DNA of 64,000 nt from Escherichia phage vB_EcoM_WL-3, in sequence record MT968995.1. One strand, written 5' to 3'. Position 1 is the first letter of the stretch. Each line of letters opens with the position of its first letter. Of this stretch, positions 1-7,961 are shown piece by piece. The position numbers and the translations under genes were made by a program. The notes beneath the pieces are model-generated. The model was not told the origin of the DNA. It worked only from the letters and a program-made list of their open reading frames with translations, and did not search any database.

Positions 1-608
1 TTATATATTTTAATTTGCTGGATAATACTATCTTTTTTAACATCAAGCACTTGGTTTTGTGAATTTAATTCACGTATTAGTGCTTTATTAAGCTTATCCA
101 TTTCAGCTAATGTTCCTACCTCAAGCAGGTCTTCCACAAGCTTTCTTCGCGCAGGGGTCGACAAACCCATGAAAGGGGTATACCCTGCTGTACCAAGGAC
201 AACAATCTGCTTGAAACTGGCGTATGACATTCCGATAAGCTGTTCAAATTCTGCTTGGAAATCTTTACTGCTGGCAGATTCATTAAGACGTGTACCGTTA
301 ACGGTGATTTCGAAAACATTTGGTTTTTGTCCTCTTTTGATATAGTACTTTTTCTCATCATATTCCATCCACAGTTCAACTAAAAGTTCTTTCTTATTTG
401 TGCTGTTTATTAATTGACCTTTCTTTACATCACGGAATGGCTTGCCAAAAAGCCCAAACGTGATGGCTTCTAACATAGTAGACTTACCACCACCATTTCG
501 CCCAGTAATAAGAGTTTTTTGAACCTTATCTAGTTGAATGTCAATAGGATTTCCACCTACTGACATTATATTTTGATACCTAACTCGGTTTAGTTTAAAA
601 TTCTTCAC
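1..608 (-). CDS. 46: Recombination endonuclease subunit gp46 (SbcC/Rad50-like ATPase), N-terminal part only; 3' end lies beyond window start
   Basis: Minus-strand frame running off the window edge; GTG start 606-608; hand translation MKNFKLNRVRYQNIMSVGGNPIDIQL...GRNGGGKST (Walker A); synteny beside gp47. Confidence 0.85.
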   Translation of the reverse strand, partial: MKNFKLNRVRYQNIMSVGGNPIDIQLDKVQKTLITGRNGGGKSTMLEAITFGLFGKPFRDVKKGQLINSTNKKELLVELWMEYDEKKYYIKRGQKPNVFEITVNGTRLNESASSKDFQAEFEQLIGMSYASFKQIVVLGTAGYTPFMGLSTPARRKLVEDLLEVGTLAEMDKLNKALIRELNSQNQVLDVKKDSIIQQIKIY

Positions 609-868
609 AAAAGATTCCTTTTAATGTATCTTTTAGACCATTCTATCATATCATCATAATCTAAAAAGTATTCATCAAATTCAGCCATGCAAACAACACC
701 TTGTGCTGCTTTTGATGTGATATAAATTATTCCAACATATCTAGAATCTTCTTCGGTGTATTCAATATTTGCTATGAATTCATCGTTAATGTCAAATGTC
801 GAAAACTTCACAGTATGCATCCTTAATACAAGATACAGCCATATCTTGTAATGATTTAGGTGTGTCAT
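605..868 (-). CDS. Hypothetical small protein between genes 46 and 47 (start uncertain, possibly internal ATG at 820)
   Basis: ORF track 87 aa; no clear SD at either candidate start; overlaps neighbour ORFs. Confidence 0.4.
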   Translation of the reverse strand: MTHLNHYKIWLYLVLRMHTVKFSTFDINDEFIANIEYTEEDSRYVGIIYITSKAAQGVVCMAEFDEYFLDYDDMIEWSKRYIKRNLL

Positions 869-1055
869 TATCTAAAATGTTGAAGTTAAAAGATACAGCC
901 CAGTCAGTGCAGACCGTAACCTTTTTAATACAATTATCTTCAACCTCTAGTGGTTCAAACCAATATTCAATAATTTCTTTATGACCAATATCATCTTTTA
1001 CTTCGCATTCAAAATGCTGACTCATCATAACATTTTTAAATTCATCAAAAGTCAT
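792..1055 (-). CDS. Hypothetical small protein, translationally coupled to gp47
   Basis: ORF track 87 aa; ATG overlaps gp47 stop (ATGA); GAGG SD 8 nt upstream. Confidence 0.55.
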   Translation of the reverse strand: MTFDEFKNVMMSQHFECEVKDDIGHKEIIEYWFEPLEVEDNCIKKVTVCTDWAVSFNFNILDNDTPKSLQDMAVSCIKDAYCEVFDI

Positions 1056-2071
1056 TGTGTTGCCTCTACATATAACTGATTTGCATATTGAATAAGTGCT
1101 TCACGGTCAGAATCAGTGATGTCTGGAATTGCATTAATGTATTCTTCCATCAACGTCTGAAGAGATTGAACTTCAACTTCTTCACTATCATCTGACTCGA
1201 CAGAGTTATCAATCTTTGACACAACTCGTAATGAATGCACAACTTTTTCTAGTTCAGATTCGAACTTCGTTAGATTTTTGTCTACCTCAGTTACTATAAC
1301 ACGTACTGATAGATTTGTAAAATCTTTATAGTCAATTTTTCCCTTAAATGGATATTGAATTCGACGATGCCAGGTAGTGTTGTTTGGAATAAATTCCATT
1401 CGTTCTGTTTCTGTATCAAACATCCAGAACCCGCGAGGGTCATTCTCGTCACCTGCAGTTAGTGTCCATGGTGTCCCAATATATCTGACGTTAGCAGCCT
1501 CAGAGATAGTATGGAAGTGACCAGACCACACCTCTTTATAAGTCTTAAGGAAATCAGGTTCAAGACCGTGAGATTTCATTCCTTTATAAAAATAAAATCC
1601 ATTCAGCTCCCAGTGACCGACACAAAAAGAAGCAGATGAAGTTTTGATGTGTTCAAGAATTTCACCAGTATTTTCTTCACACATCCAAGGAATTAAATCA
1701 ATCAAACATCCGTCAAAATCTACTGTAGTAGGCTTATCATATACTTTAACATTAGGATATTTAGCCAAAAGCTCAGTAGAAGCATTTGGAGTTAAAGTAT
1801 TTTTAAAGTGCATATCATGGTTTCCTACAACAGTATGCAGGGTAATACCAGCATCATCAAGCATTTGAACTATTTCACGAGCGAACTCCATAGTTTTATG
1901 CGTGATTGCTTTTCGCACATCAAAAATATCGCCGTATTGAATCCATGTAGTAATTCCATTTTTCTTAGAATATTCTATCGCCTGCTTAATTCCATCCAAC
2001 TGGATTGATTGAACCCACTCATCATCGGCTTTAACACCTAAATGCCAATCACCTAAATTTAAAATTTTCAT
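1052..2071 (-). CDS. 47: Recombination endonuclease subunit gp47 (Mre11/SbcD-like phosphoesterase)
   Basis: 339 aa; calcineurin-like motifs GDWHLG, GDIFD, GNHD; matches recalled T4 gp47 length and N-terminus. Confidence 0.95.
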   Translation of the reverse strand: MKILNLGDWHLGVKADDEWVQSIQLDGIKQAIEYSKKNGITTWIQYGDIFDVRKAITHKTMEFAREIVQMLDDAGITLHTVVGNHDMHFKNTLTPNASTELLAKYPNVKVYDKPTTVDFDGCLIDLIPWMCEENTGEILEHIKTSSASFCVGHWELNGFYFYKGMKSHGLEPDFLKTYKEVWSGHFHTISEAANVRYIGTPWTLTAGDENDPRGFWMFDTETERMEFIPNNTTWHRRIQYPFKGKIDYKDFTNLSVRVIVTEVDKNLTKFESELEKVVHSLRVVSKIDNSVESDDSEEVEVQSLQTLMEEYINAIPDITDSDREALIQYANQLYVEATQ

Positions 2072-2231
2072 ATATCAAGAACCGTCATTGAAATGCAAAA
2101 TAAAATTATTGAAATAAATCCATCTGGAGTGCTAAAGAACCCAATCCAACATGCTCTAGTAAATAGATAAAATGCAAGAAAAAGTATCACATATCCAAGA
2201 AATATCATTATATCAAACTCCGTATAAAGCT

Positions 2232-2249
2232 AAAGGGCCGAAGCCCTTT
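2232..2249 (-). terminator. GC hairpin (AAAGGGC-CGAA-GCCCTTT) at a-gt stop codon
   Basis: Perfect 7-bp stem with tetraloop, overlapping stop of a-gt. Confidence 0.4.
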
Positions 2250-3450
2250 ATTTTGTAATAATGTCAAATTGTTCTTTAAAGCAGAAGCTTGAATCTTGAT
2301 GCTGATACAAAAATTCATAAGCTTTTTCGCGTTCGCGGTCATAAAGAGCTCGGTCAGATGACAGTTCTTTAATACGTTCAAATGTTGATTCCATGTCATT
2401 TTCATCAAACCAAACGATACCGCTATCATGAGAAATTAATGGAGTATTATCAACACGGAATTTTAAATTTTCGCCCGTAGATTTCCAAAATACTGGAATT
2501 GTTCCGCATGCACCAAGCTCGAGATGAGTATATTCTAAAGAACGTTGTAGATATTTTTTATCTAATTTACTCAGCTGATAACCAAATCCGGATTTACTCA
2601 TACGTTCAAGCATTTCGCTATTTACATAACGGTCAAGAATTTGCGTTGGCAAATTAGGAGCAATTTTAATTTGGTCTACTTGATGAAGACGATAATACTC
2701 GTATGGAATTCCTTTTTCTTTAATAGGAATGAATGCTGGAGAACGTTCCAGACCTTCCATAATAGTACTTAGTCCTGCAGGTTTAAGATGTTTTTCGTGA
2801 AAATCAAACATCTGGTAAAAACCTTTCCATGTAGTCGTACGACCAATCCAACGGTTGATATTCATGTTAATTTCAGAAACATCTTTCCAGTAGGTTGATC
2901 GAACCTTCGCAATATCCATAGGAGGCTGAAAGTTATATACGGTCGGTGCTTCTTCAATATCATCAAACAAAGAAACAGTTTCCGGATACCATTCTTTCAT
3001 TAAAACTTTATTAAAATCGCCATTATCAGAATGACTAAAAATAACATCAGCTCGACGAACAGTTTCTTCTAATCCCAAATTTCGGCGTAAAGAAAGAGAA
3101 GAATGGTCATGCTGATAAACTACAACACGAACCGAAGGTTTAATATTATCAATAATTTTTTTATAGTTATTAATTGTGTCTTCTTCGACTGAAGTAGCAG
3201 GAACTGAATTGATAATTAGAATATCACAATCATTTACCAGCTTAAGTGTTTTATCGTATTCTTTTGCCAATAAAACCGGAATTGAAAATGATTTATAATC
3301 ATGCGCGCAATTACGAGTAAATGATTTATCTTTAGCATAAACCAAAGTTACTTCATGACCATTTTTAATAAACCAATCACGTTGCTCAAGAGAAAATTTA
3401 GTTACACCGCAACCTTCAAGACCTCGAGCCATAAAAATACATACTTTCAT
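2248..3450 (-). CDS. a-gt: DNA alpha-glucosyltransferase
   Basis: 400 aa; N-terminus MKVCIFMARGLEGCGVTKFSLEQRDWFIKNGHEVTLVYAKDKSF matches recalled T4 AGT. Confidence 0.93.
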   Translation of the reverse strand: MKVCIFMARGLEGCGVTKFSLEQRDWFIKNGHEVTLVYAKDKSFTRNCAHDYKSFSIPVLLAKEYDKTLKLVNDCDILIINSVPATSVEEDTINNYKKIIDNIKPSVRVVVYQHDHSSLSLRRNLGLEETVRRADVIFSHSDNGDFNKVLMKEWYPETVSLFDDIEEAPTVYNFQPPMDIAKVRSTYWKDVSEINMNINRWIGRTTTWKGFYQMFDFHEKHLKPAGLSTIMEGLERSPAFIPIKEKGIPYEYYRLHQVDQIKIAPNLPTQILDRYVNSEMLERMSKSGFGYQLSKLDKKYLQRSLEYTHLELGACGTIPVFWKSTGENLKFRVDNTPLISHDSGIVWFDENDMESTFERIKELSSDRALYDREREKAYEFLYQHQDSSFCFKEQFDIITK

Positions 3451-3500
3451 TTAATATCCTCATTGTTTTGGTTTATTTTACCAAAAATTTATAAAGCAAT

Positions 3501-3520
3501 ATAGGAGCCGAGGCTCCTAT
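3501..3520 (-). terminator. GC hairpin ATAGGAGCC-GA-GGCTCCTAT
   Basis: Inverted repeat overlapping stop of small ORF 3517-3690. Confidence 0.4.
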
Positions 3521-3690
3521 CCACATAATACACCATACAGAGGCTCATTAGAGCTTCTAAATTTTATGCGCTTATACGTTATAGTTCCTTCTGCTTTAGC
3601 TTTATCATGAGACTCTTTAAAACGTCTCATCATTTCTACTTTAGAGGAACGAATTTTATTATAATCTATTTCAGAAGTCTGGGTGTTCAT
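3517..3690 (-). CDS. Hypothetical small protein (57 aa, below ORF-track cutoff)
   Basis: Hand translation MNTQTSEIDYNKIRSSKVEMMRRFKESHDKAKAEGTITYKRIKFRSSNEPLYGVLCG; ATG next to upstream stop; followed by hairpin. Confidence 0.35.
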   Translation of the reverse strand: MNTQTSEIDYNKIRSSKVEMMRRFKESHDKAKAEGTITYKRIKFRSSNEPLYGVLCG

Positions 3691-3693
3691 CTT

Positions 3694-3900
3694 TCACAGT
3701 TGCCACCATTTTTTGACTTGATAAGAATCAACCCACACTTTCATATTAGGGTCTGCTCTTACAATAGGAGGATTAACTTCTTTGATTGAACTATCATGGT
3801 ATTCTTTTTCAGAAATTTTCACGCAAAGATGACCATTCAAAGATTCAGTAAATCCTGCATTAATTTTAAGACGCTTGAATTTTACGTGTGTAAGCATCAA
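3694..3900 (-). CDS. Hypothetical small protein
   Basis: ORF track 68 aa. Confidence 0.45.
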   Translation of the reverse strand: MMLTHVKFKRLKINAGFTESLNGHLCVKISEKEYHDSSIKEVNPPIVRADPNMKVWVDSYQVKKWWQL

Positions 3901-4183
3901 TCATATCCTCAATCTGCGATCTAGTAGTCTTCCAAAGAATACTAATGAGTTCATCGTTATATGGCTGTTTTAGAATATCCCGACTTTTCTTGATAGCATA
4001 TTCGTATTGAGCGAAATTATTGTTTTCAGCTGCAATCTGAGCGTGTTTATAAAGACGGTTCAGTTCGCGTTTATTTTTAGACAATAACTTATTTGCTTTT
4101 CTTTCTGCTTCAAGACGGTTCTTTTCTTCAATAGAAGAAATAAGCTTTTCCACTTCATCATTAATTTCGGGTTTATCAGTCAT
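3866..4183 (-). CDS. Hypothetical coiled-coil protein
   Basis: ORF track 105 aa, Lys/Glu-rich heptad-like sequence. Confidence 0.55.
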   Translation of the reverse strand: MTDKPEINDEVEKLISSIEEKNRLEAERKANKLLSKNKRELNRLYKHAQIAAENNNFAQYEYAIKKSRDILKQPYNDELISILWKTTRSQIEDMIDAYTRKIQAS

Positions 4184-4184
4184 A

Positions 4185-4403
4185 TTATTTCTCTAATATA
4201 AAATAAAAATCATCATCTGTTAAATGATACCGATAGTTTAATTCTACACCATTAGATTTAAAAGCGGTATCATACGGATTTTCTGGATCAATATCAATGT
4301 CAAGAGCTAAAACTTCCCTGAGATACATTTTAAGTAAATAGGGAATAGCTTCAACTTCAGGTATTTCTTCCAAGAATCCGGAGAGGTTAATCGTTAGCCT
4401 CAT
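4185..4403 (-). CDS. Hypothetical small protein downstream of gene 55
   Basis: ORF track 72 aa; start overlaps gp55 3' end. Confidence 0.5.
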
Positions 4404-4944
4404 ATAAAAAATCCAAACTAGGAGAATCGTCTACAACACTTTTCTTTTCAGCCCCCGGTGTTCTATAGGTTGATTCTTCGTAATGCGTCATTTTATCGTA
4501 GATGTCTTGAATAAAAGTTTCATCTACTAACGCAACCATATCGTCGTCACGACTGTCATAGACATTGTGAACGAAGTAACTATATTTCTTTGCAACTTCC
4601 TTACGTTCTTTTTTAATACGTTGGACAAATGCATTAAAACAAGCTTGAGTTATATATGCATGTGGGTTTTTATATTTCGTTTCATCAAAATTATGAAGTC
4701 CCTTAATAGAAGCTTCTATACCATCTGCAATCATTTCTTGTTTCCAAGATTGGGTGTATCCTGAAAAGTTGAAACGTTTAGATAAGCCTTCTGCAATAAG
4801 CATAATGGCTAATCCGATAGTATCATTCTGACGAACTACTTTATTTGGGTCTTTATTATTTGCTAATTCTGTTTTCCAATCAATAATAGCTTGTAAAAGC
4901 TCTTTATTGTTTACGTAATTATATTTAGGCTTAGTTTCTGACAT
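4387..4944 (-). CDS. 55: Late-transcription sigma factor gp55
   Basis: 185 aa from internal ATG (track shows upstream GTG); [24 protein letters not shown] matches recalled T4 gp55; SD AGAGGTG. Confidence 0.95.
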
Positions 4945-4974
4945 TTTCACCTCTTAGCTCAATTCATAGATCTA

Positions 4975-5012
4975 TTATATCATAATATTTGAAGATCTAT
5001 CTTAAAGCATAG
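4975..5012 (-). promoter_or_regulatory. Putative middle-type promoter for gene 55 (MotA-box-like TGCTTTA plus -10 TATTAT)
   Basis: Minus-strand CTATGCTTTAAG then 15 nt then TATTAT, about 30 nt upstream of gp55 ATG. Confidence 0.35.
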
Positions 5013-5022
5013 AGGATATCAG

Positions 5023-5292
5023 TTATCTAAGTAAACAGTATGCTTGGAACACTTTCTCCATCATCTTTTTAAATTCATGAATATCTATGTAATGACTAGT
5101 TAAATCAGCATGATATAAAAAGTCTAAAAACTTTTCATGTGTGCTAACATATTCGCTTTCATTTAATTCAGAAACATGGCTTTCCCAATATCCAACACCA
5201 GTCTTATTTGGGAAAAATGAAATTTTCATGTATTGGTCAACATAGAAAATTCCATAATTTTCAATAGTAATAGAAATATTAATAAATTTCAT
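5023..5292 (-). CDS. Hypothetical protein (55.x region)
   Basis: ORF track 89 aa. Confidence 0.55.
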   Translation of the reverse strand: MKFINISITIENYGIFYVDQYMKISFFPNKTGVGYWESHVSELNESEYVSTHEKFLDFLYHADLTSHYIDIHEFKKMMEKVFQAYCLLR

Positions 5293-5504
5293 ACATTCAT
5301 CAACTTAGCCGCTTCAAGAGCTGCATCTAGTGAATCAAATTGGTCAACGTATTCAATCAATTCGCCATAATTAGCGTATAACCACCATTGGCTAAATTCA
5401 TACTCAAGGATGAATCCATTTCCTTCAATTTGAGTTAAACCAATGCCATTTGTATTTACTTCATATCCGGCAAGACGTAAATCGTTAATAAGAGCTTCGT
5501 TCAT
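5289..5504 (-). CDS. Hypothetical protein (55.x region)
   Basis: ORF track 71 aa; overlapping stop/start with neighbours. Confidence 0.6.
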   Translation of the reverse strand: MNEALINDLRLAGYEVNTNGIGLTQIEGNGFILEYEFSQWWLYANYGELIEYVDQFDSLDAALEAAKLMNV

Positions 5505-5506
5505 AA

Positions 5507-5833
5507 TTATGCCTTAGTAATTTTCAGATCAGCAAATTTTTTCTTGCGTTGATTTTTCATACGACGAATAGTTTTATCGGAAATTTCATGCTTTTGATAA
5601 GCTTTAGATTCTACACCAAAAGCTTTAACATCAAATTCTGACAAGATATATTGAACAAACAATTCACGAATAGTATTTCGTCCAATTTTCTGATCATTCT
5701 GTTTCATCATCTGATGAAGCTCTTTTTCCCATTTATCCAAAATTTGAGGAGTTACAATATCGCCTTTTTCTAGCAGAGAAACTACTTTATCATATGCATA
5801 AGAATTGATGGCGTTTTTAATTTGAATAGTCAT
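5507..5833 (-). CDS. Hypothetical basic protein (55.x region)
   Basis: ORF track 108 aa. Confidence 0.6.
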   Translation of the reverse strand: MTIQIKNAINSYAYDKVVSLLEKGDIVTPQILDKWEKELHQMMKQNDQKIGRNTIRELFVQYILSEFDVKAFGVESKAYQKHEISDKTIRRMKNQRKKKFADLKITKA

Positions 5834-5871
5834 ACATTATCCTCAATTGCGTTAAAATTTTATTATCCAAA

Positions 5872-5888
5872 AAGGGCCGAAGCCCTTA
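5872..5888 (-). terminator. GC hairpin GGGCC-GAAG-CCC
   Basis: AAAGGGCCGAAGCCCTT at the stop of ORF 5886-6086. Confidence 0.4.
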
Positions 5889-6086
5889 GCTAAACTGTTT
5901 GGCACCCTTCCAGCCTTCATACATCATTGCGGCTGATATTAATATTGCCCCTGAGCAACTTGAATATTTGTGATTCCAAAACCAGTTCAGAAAAACTTCG
6001 TCATCAATACCTTGGGCTATCATATTTTCAAAGAACTGACGACGAGCTTCGGCAATTCGTTGTGATAATTTAGATTCAGGATTCAT
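5886..6086 (-). CDS. Hypothetical small protein
   Basis: ORF track 66 aa; GGAAAATTTAAATG junction. Confidence 0.55.
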   Translation of the reverse strand: MNPESKLSQRIAEARRQFFENMIAQGIDDEVFLNWFWNHKYSSCSGAILISAAMMYEGWKGAKQFS

Positions 6087-6218
6087 TTAAATTTTCCAAT
6101 TACCGTTTTCATCAATAAATTTAATCCAGTCATTTACTGACCACTTGGTCGTATCGCCTTTTGGAGCAACATTTAAAGTGTATAATCCTTGTTTAAAAAG
6201 CATTCGTTTGATATTCAT
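6087..6218 (-). CDS. Hypothetical small protein (43 aa from internal ATG with GAGGAAA SD)
   Basis: Track ORF 6087-6302 overlaps the upstream ORF; internal ATG at 6218 has a strong SD. Confidence 0.4.
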   Translation of the reverse strand: MNIKRMLFKQGLYTLNVAPKGDTTKWSVNDWIKFIDENGNWKI

Positions 6219-6225
6219 ATTTTCC

Positions 6226-6519
6226 TCAGCTGTAACGATAGCACTCGTTTGATTTACGCTTAGCAACTCGTTGAGAAGTATTGTAATCAAAATCGTCATC
6301 AATGTAAACTGATTTTTTCAACTTTCTTACTTCACCACGCAATTGACGATTTAGCTCATCTTTAACTTCTGAATCAATGCCTTTCATTCTACGCCATTTA
6401 TCAGAGCGAAAAATGTTTTCAACCATATCTTTATGACTTACACCGTCAGGAGCTTTACGCTTTCCGAAATAGTCATAATCACGTACTTTTAAATCTTTAC
6501 GACGATACGTTTTACCCAT
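6226..6519 (-). CDS. Hypothetical basic protein
   Basis: Track ORF 112 aa; start moved to ATG 6519 with AAGGAA SD. Confidence 0.5.
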   Translation of the reverse strand: MGKTYRRKDLKVRDYDYFGKRKAPDGVSHKDMVENIFRSDKWRRMKGIDSEVKDELNRQLRGEVRKLKKSVYIDDDFDYNTSQRVAKRKSNECYRYS

Positions 6520-6694
6520 GGAGTTTAATTTCCTTAGCAACTGAACTAAATACAACACGATCACAAATCATCTGTTTATGTAACTTGAGTATAAGATAAT
6601 AAACTTCAAAACCGTTTACATAAGTAACACGAACAACATTACCATTAATAAAATAATATTGTCCCTTTTTAATTTCTTTATCAACCACAACCAT
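6512..6694 (-). CDS. Hypothetical small protein
   Basis: ORF track 60 aa; early promoter just upstream. Confidence 0.5.
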   Translation of the reverse strand: MVVVDKEIKKGQYYFINGNVVRVTYVNGFEVYYLILKLHKQMICDRVVFSSVAKEIKLHG

Positions 6695-6721
6695 ATCAAA
6701 TCCTCAAAGGCAATTCATATG

Positions 6722-6757
6722 TTAATAATACCACAGTTTGAACTTCTTGTAAACAAC
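6722..6757 (-). promoter_or_regulatory. T4-type early promoter (-35 GTTTACA, -10 TATTAT, A/T-rich upstream element)
   Basis: Minus-strand GTTTACA (6748-6754 rc) and TATTAT (6725-6730 rc), 18-nt spacer. Confidence 0.5.
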
Positions 6758-6830
6758 TTTGTGAAAATTATTTTAGGGAATGATAAGAAGGGAACGATAG
6801 CTTAGAATGGTAATATACAGAATGTGAGAA

Positions 6831-6852
6831 AGAAAGGCCCAGAGGGCCCGTC
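6831..6852 (-). terminator. GC hairpin AAAGGCCC-AGA-GGGCCCGTCTT downstream of nrdH
   Basis: Stem-loop immediately 3' of nrdH stop. Confidence 0.4.
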
Positions 6853-7161
6853 TTAGTCTTCTATGATATCTCTATCATATCCAAGTGAAATGAGAGTTTC
6901 TTTGAAGTGTTTAATGTTCTTTTGTCTAGAATCATTGATGAAAATGACTGGATAACGAATGTTAAGAGATGTGAATCCAGCGCGTTTAGCAAGAGATACA
7001 ATCAGTGGACGATCATACTCAATCTTACCATTATTTGTAAGAACTTTATAGAAAGTAAAAGGAGCATTGAGCTCCTTTAGAAGTTTTGTAACTGATTGAC
7101 ATCCAGGACAACGACCTACTTCATCTGGAATTCCATAGACTTCAATCTTGTTTTGTTTCAC
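6853..7161 (-). CDS. nrdH: Glutaredoxin-like protein
   Basis: 102 aa; CPGC redox motif; position beside nrdG/nrdD. Confidence 0.8.
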   Translation of the reverse strand: MKQNKIEVYGIPDEVGRCPGCQSVTKLLKELNAPFTFYKVLTNNGKIEYDRPLIVSLAKRAGFTSLNIRYPVIFINDSRQKNIKHFKETLISLGYDRDIIED

Positions 7162-7163
7162 AA

Positions 7164-7376
7164 CTATTCCTTACTAAGAGCAGCATTCAGCTTATTAGTA
7201 ATTTTATCCAGACGCTCATTGAACTCACTAGAAGATAGTCCTTTTTCTGGAGAAATCAAACTAATCACGAAAAATATAGCAATAAAAGGAATAAGGAAAA
7301 TAGCTCCAACTGCCATAAACAAAAAGAATGTTACGGTTGTAAGAAAATCAGCTAAACCTTTACGAAATTTATACAT
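7164..7376 (-). CDS. Hypothetical small membrane protein
   Basis: Track ORF from TTG; internal ATG 7376 with AAGGG SD; hydrophobic segment FFLFMAVGAIFLIPFIAIFFVISLI. Confidence 0.5.
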   Translation of the reverse strand: MYKFRKGLADFLTTVTFFLFMAVGAIFLIPFIAIFFVISLISPEKGLSSSEFNERLDKITNKLNAALSKE

Positions 7377-7490
7377 ATTTACCCTTAATTGATTAACCAA
7401 GCATTGATAAGCACTAAACTATATTGCGAATAAAATTCTGGACCAAAATGAAAAATCATATCATTTATAGTGTCCATAATATAATTCAAT

Positions 7491-7961
7491 TTAATCATGT
7501 TTCCACACCCCATCGGTATTTGACCAAAGTCGCTGATTATCTGATCCTCGCCACAGCTTTTTGGTCGGAAGATTTTTCTCATACTTCCCATCAATAATAA
7601 CATCAACATATTTAAGCATTTCTAGTTGTTTAATATCTTCAAATTTATATCCTGTCCACAACCAAATGCTTTTATTGGGATAAAGATTTTTTACTGTTTG
7701 AACAATGCAATGAACAACATCTCGGTTATCAGGATAGAGAGGGTCTCCTCCAGTTATAGTTAATCCTTCTATATAATCATTATTCAAACATTCAATTAAT
7801 TGTTCTAGTGTTTCACCAGTGAATGGAACGCCATTTCTAGCATTCCATGTTGATTTATTATAACACCCTTCACATTTATGCAAACACCCCGTAACGAAAA
7901 GAACGACCCTGCATCCAGGGCCATTCACAAAATCACAGGGATAAAATCTATCGTAATTCAT
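7491..7961 (-). CDS. nrdG: Anaerobic ribonucleotide reductase activating protein (radical SAM)
   Basis: 156 aa; CxxxCxxC cluster (CLHKCEGC); adjacent to nrdD. Confidence 0.93.
   Translation of the reverse strand: MNYDRFYPCDFVNGPGCRVVLFVTGCLHKCEGCYNKSTWNARNGVPFTGETLEQLIECLNNDYIEGLTITGGDPLYPDNRDVVHCIVQTVKNLYPNKSIWLWTGYKFEDIKQLEMLKYVDVIIDGKYEKNLPTKKLWRGSDNQRLWSNTDGVWKHD

Noticed and set aside
116-379. Track ORF (87 aa, minus strand) inside the gene 46 region
   Set aside because: It is out of frame with the gene 46 reading frame that I traced by hand from the GTG at 606-608; alternate-frame artefact.
7385-7609. Minus-strand 74-aa track ORF overlapping the nrdG 3' end
   Set aside because: Alternate frame overlapping nrdG with no independent RBS; the small membrane ORF 7164-7376 explains the interval.
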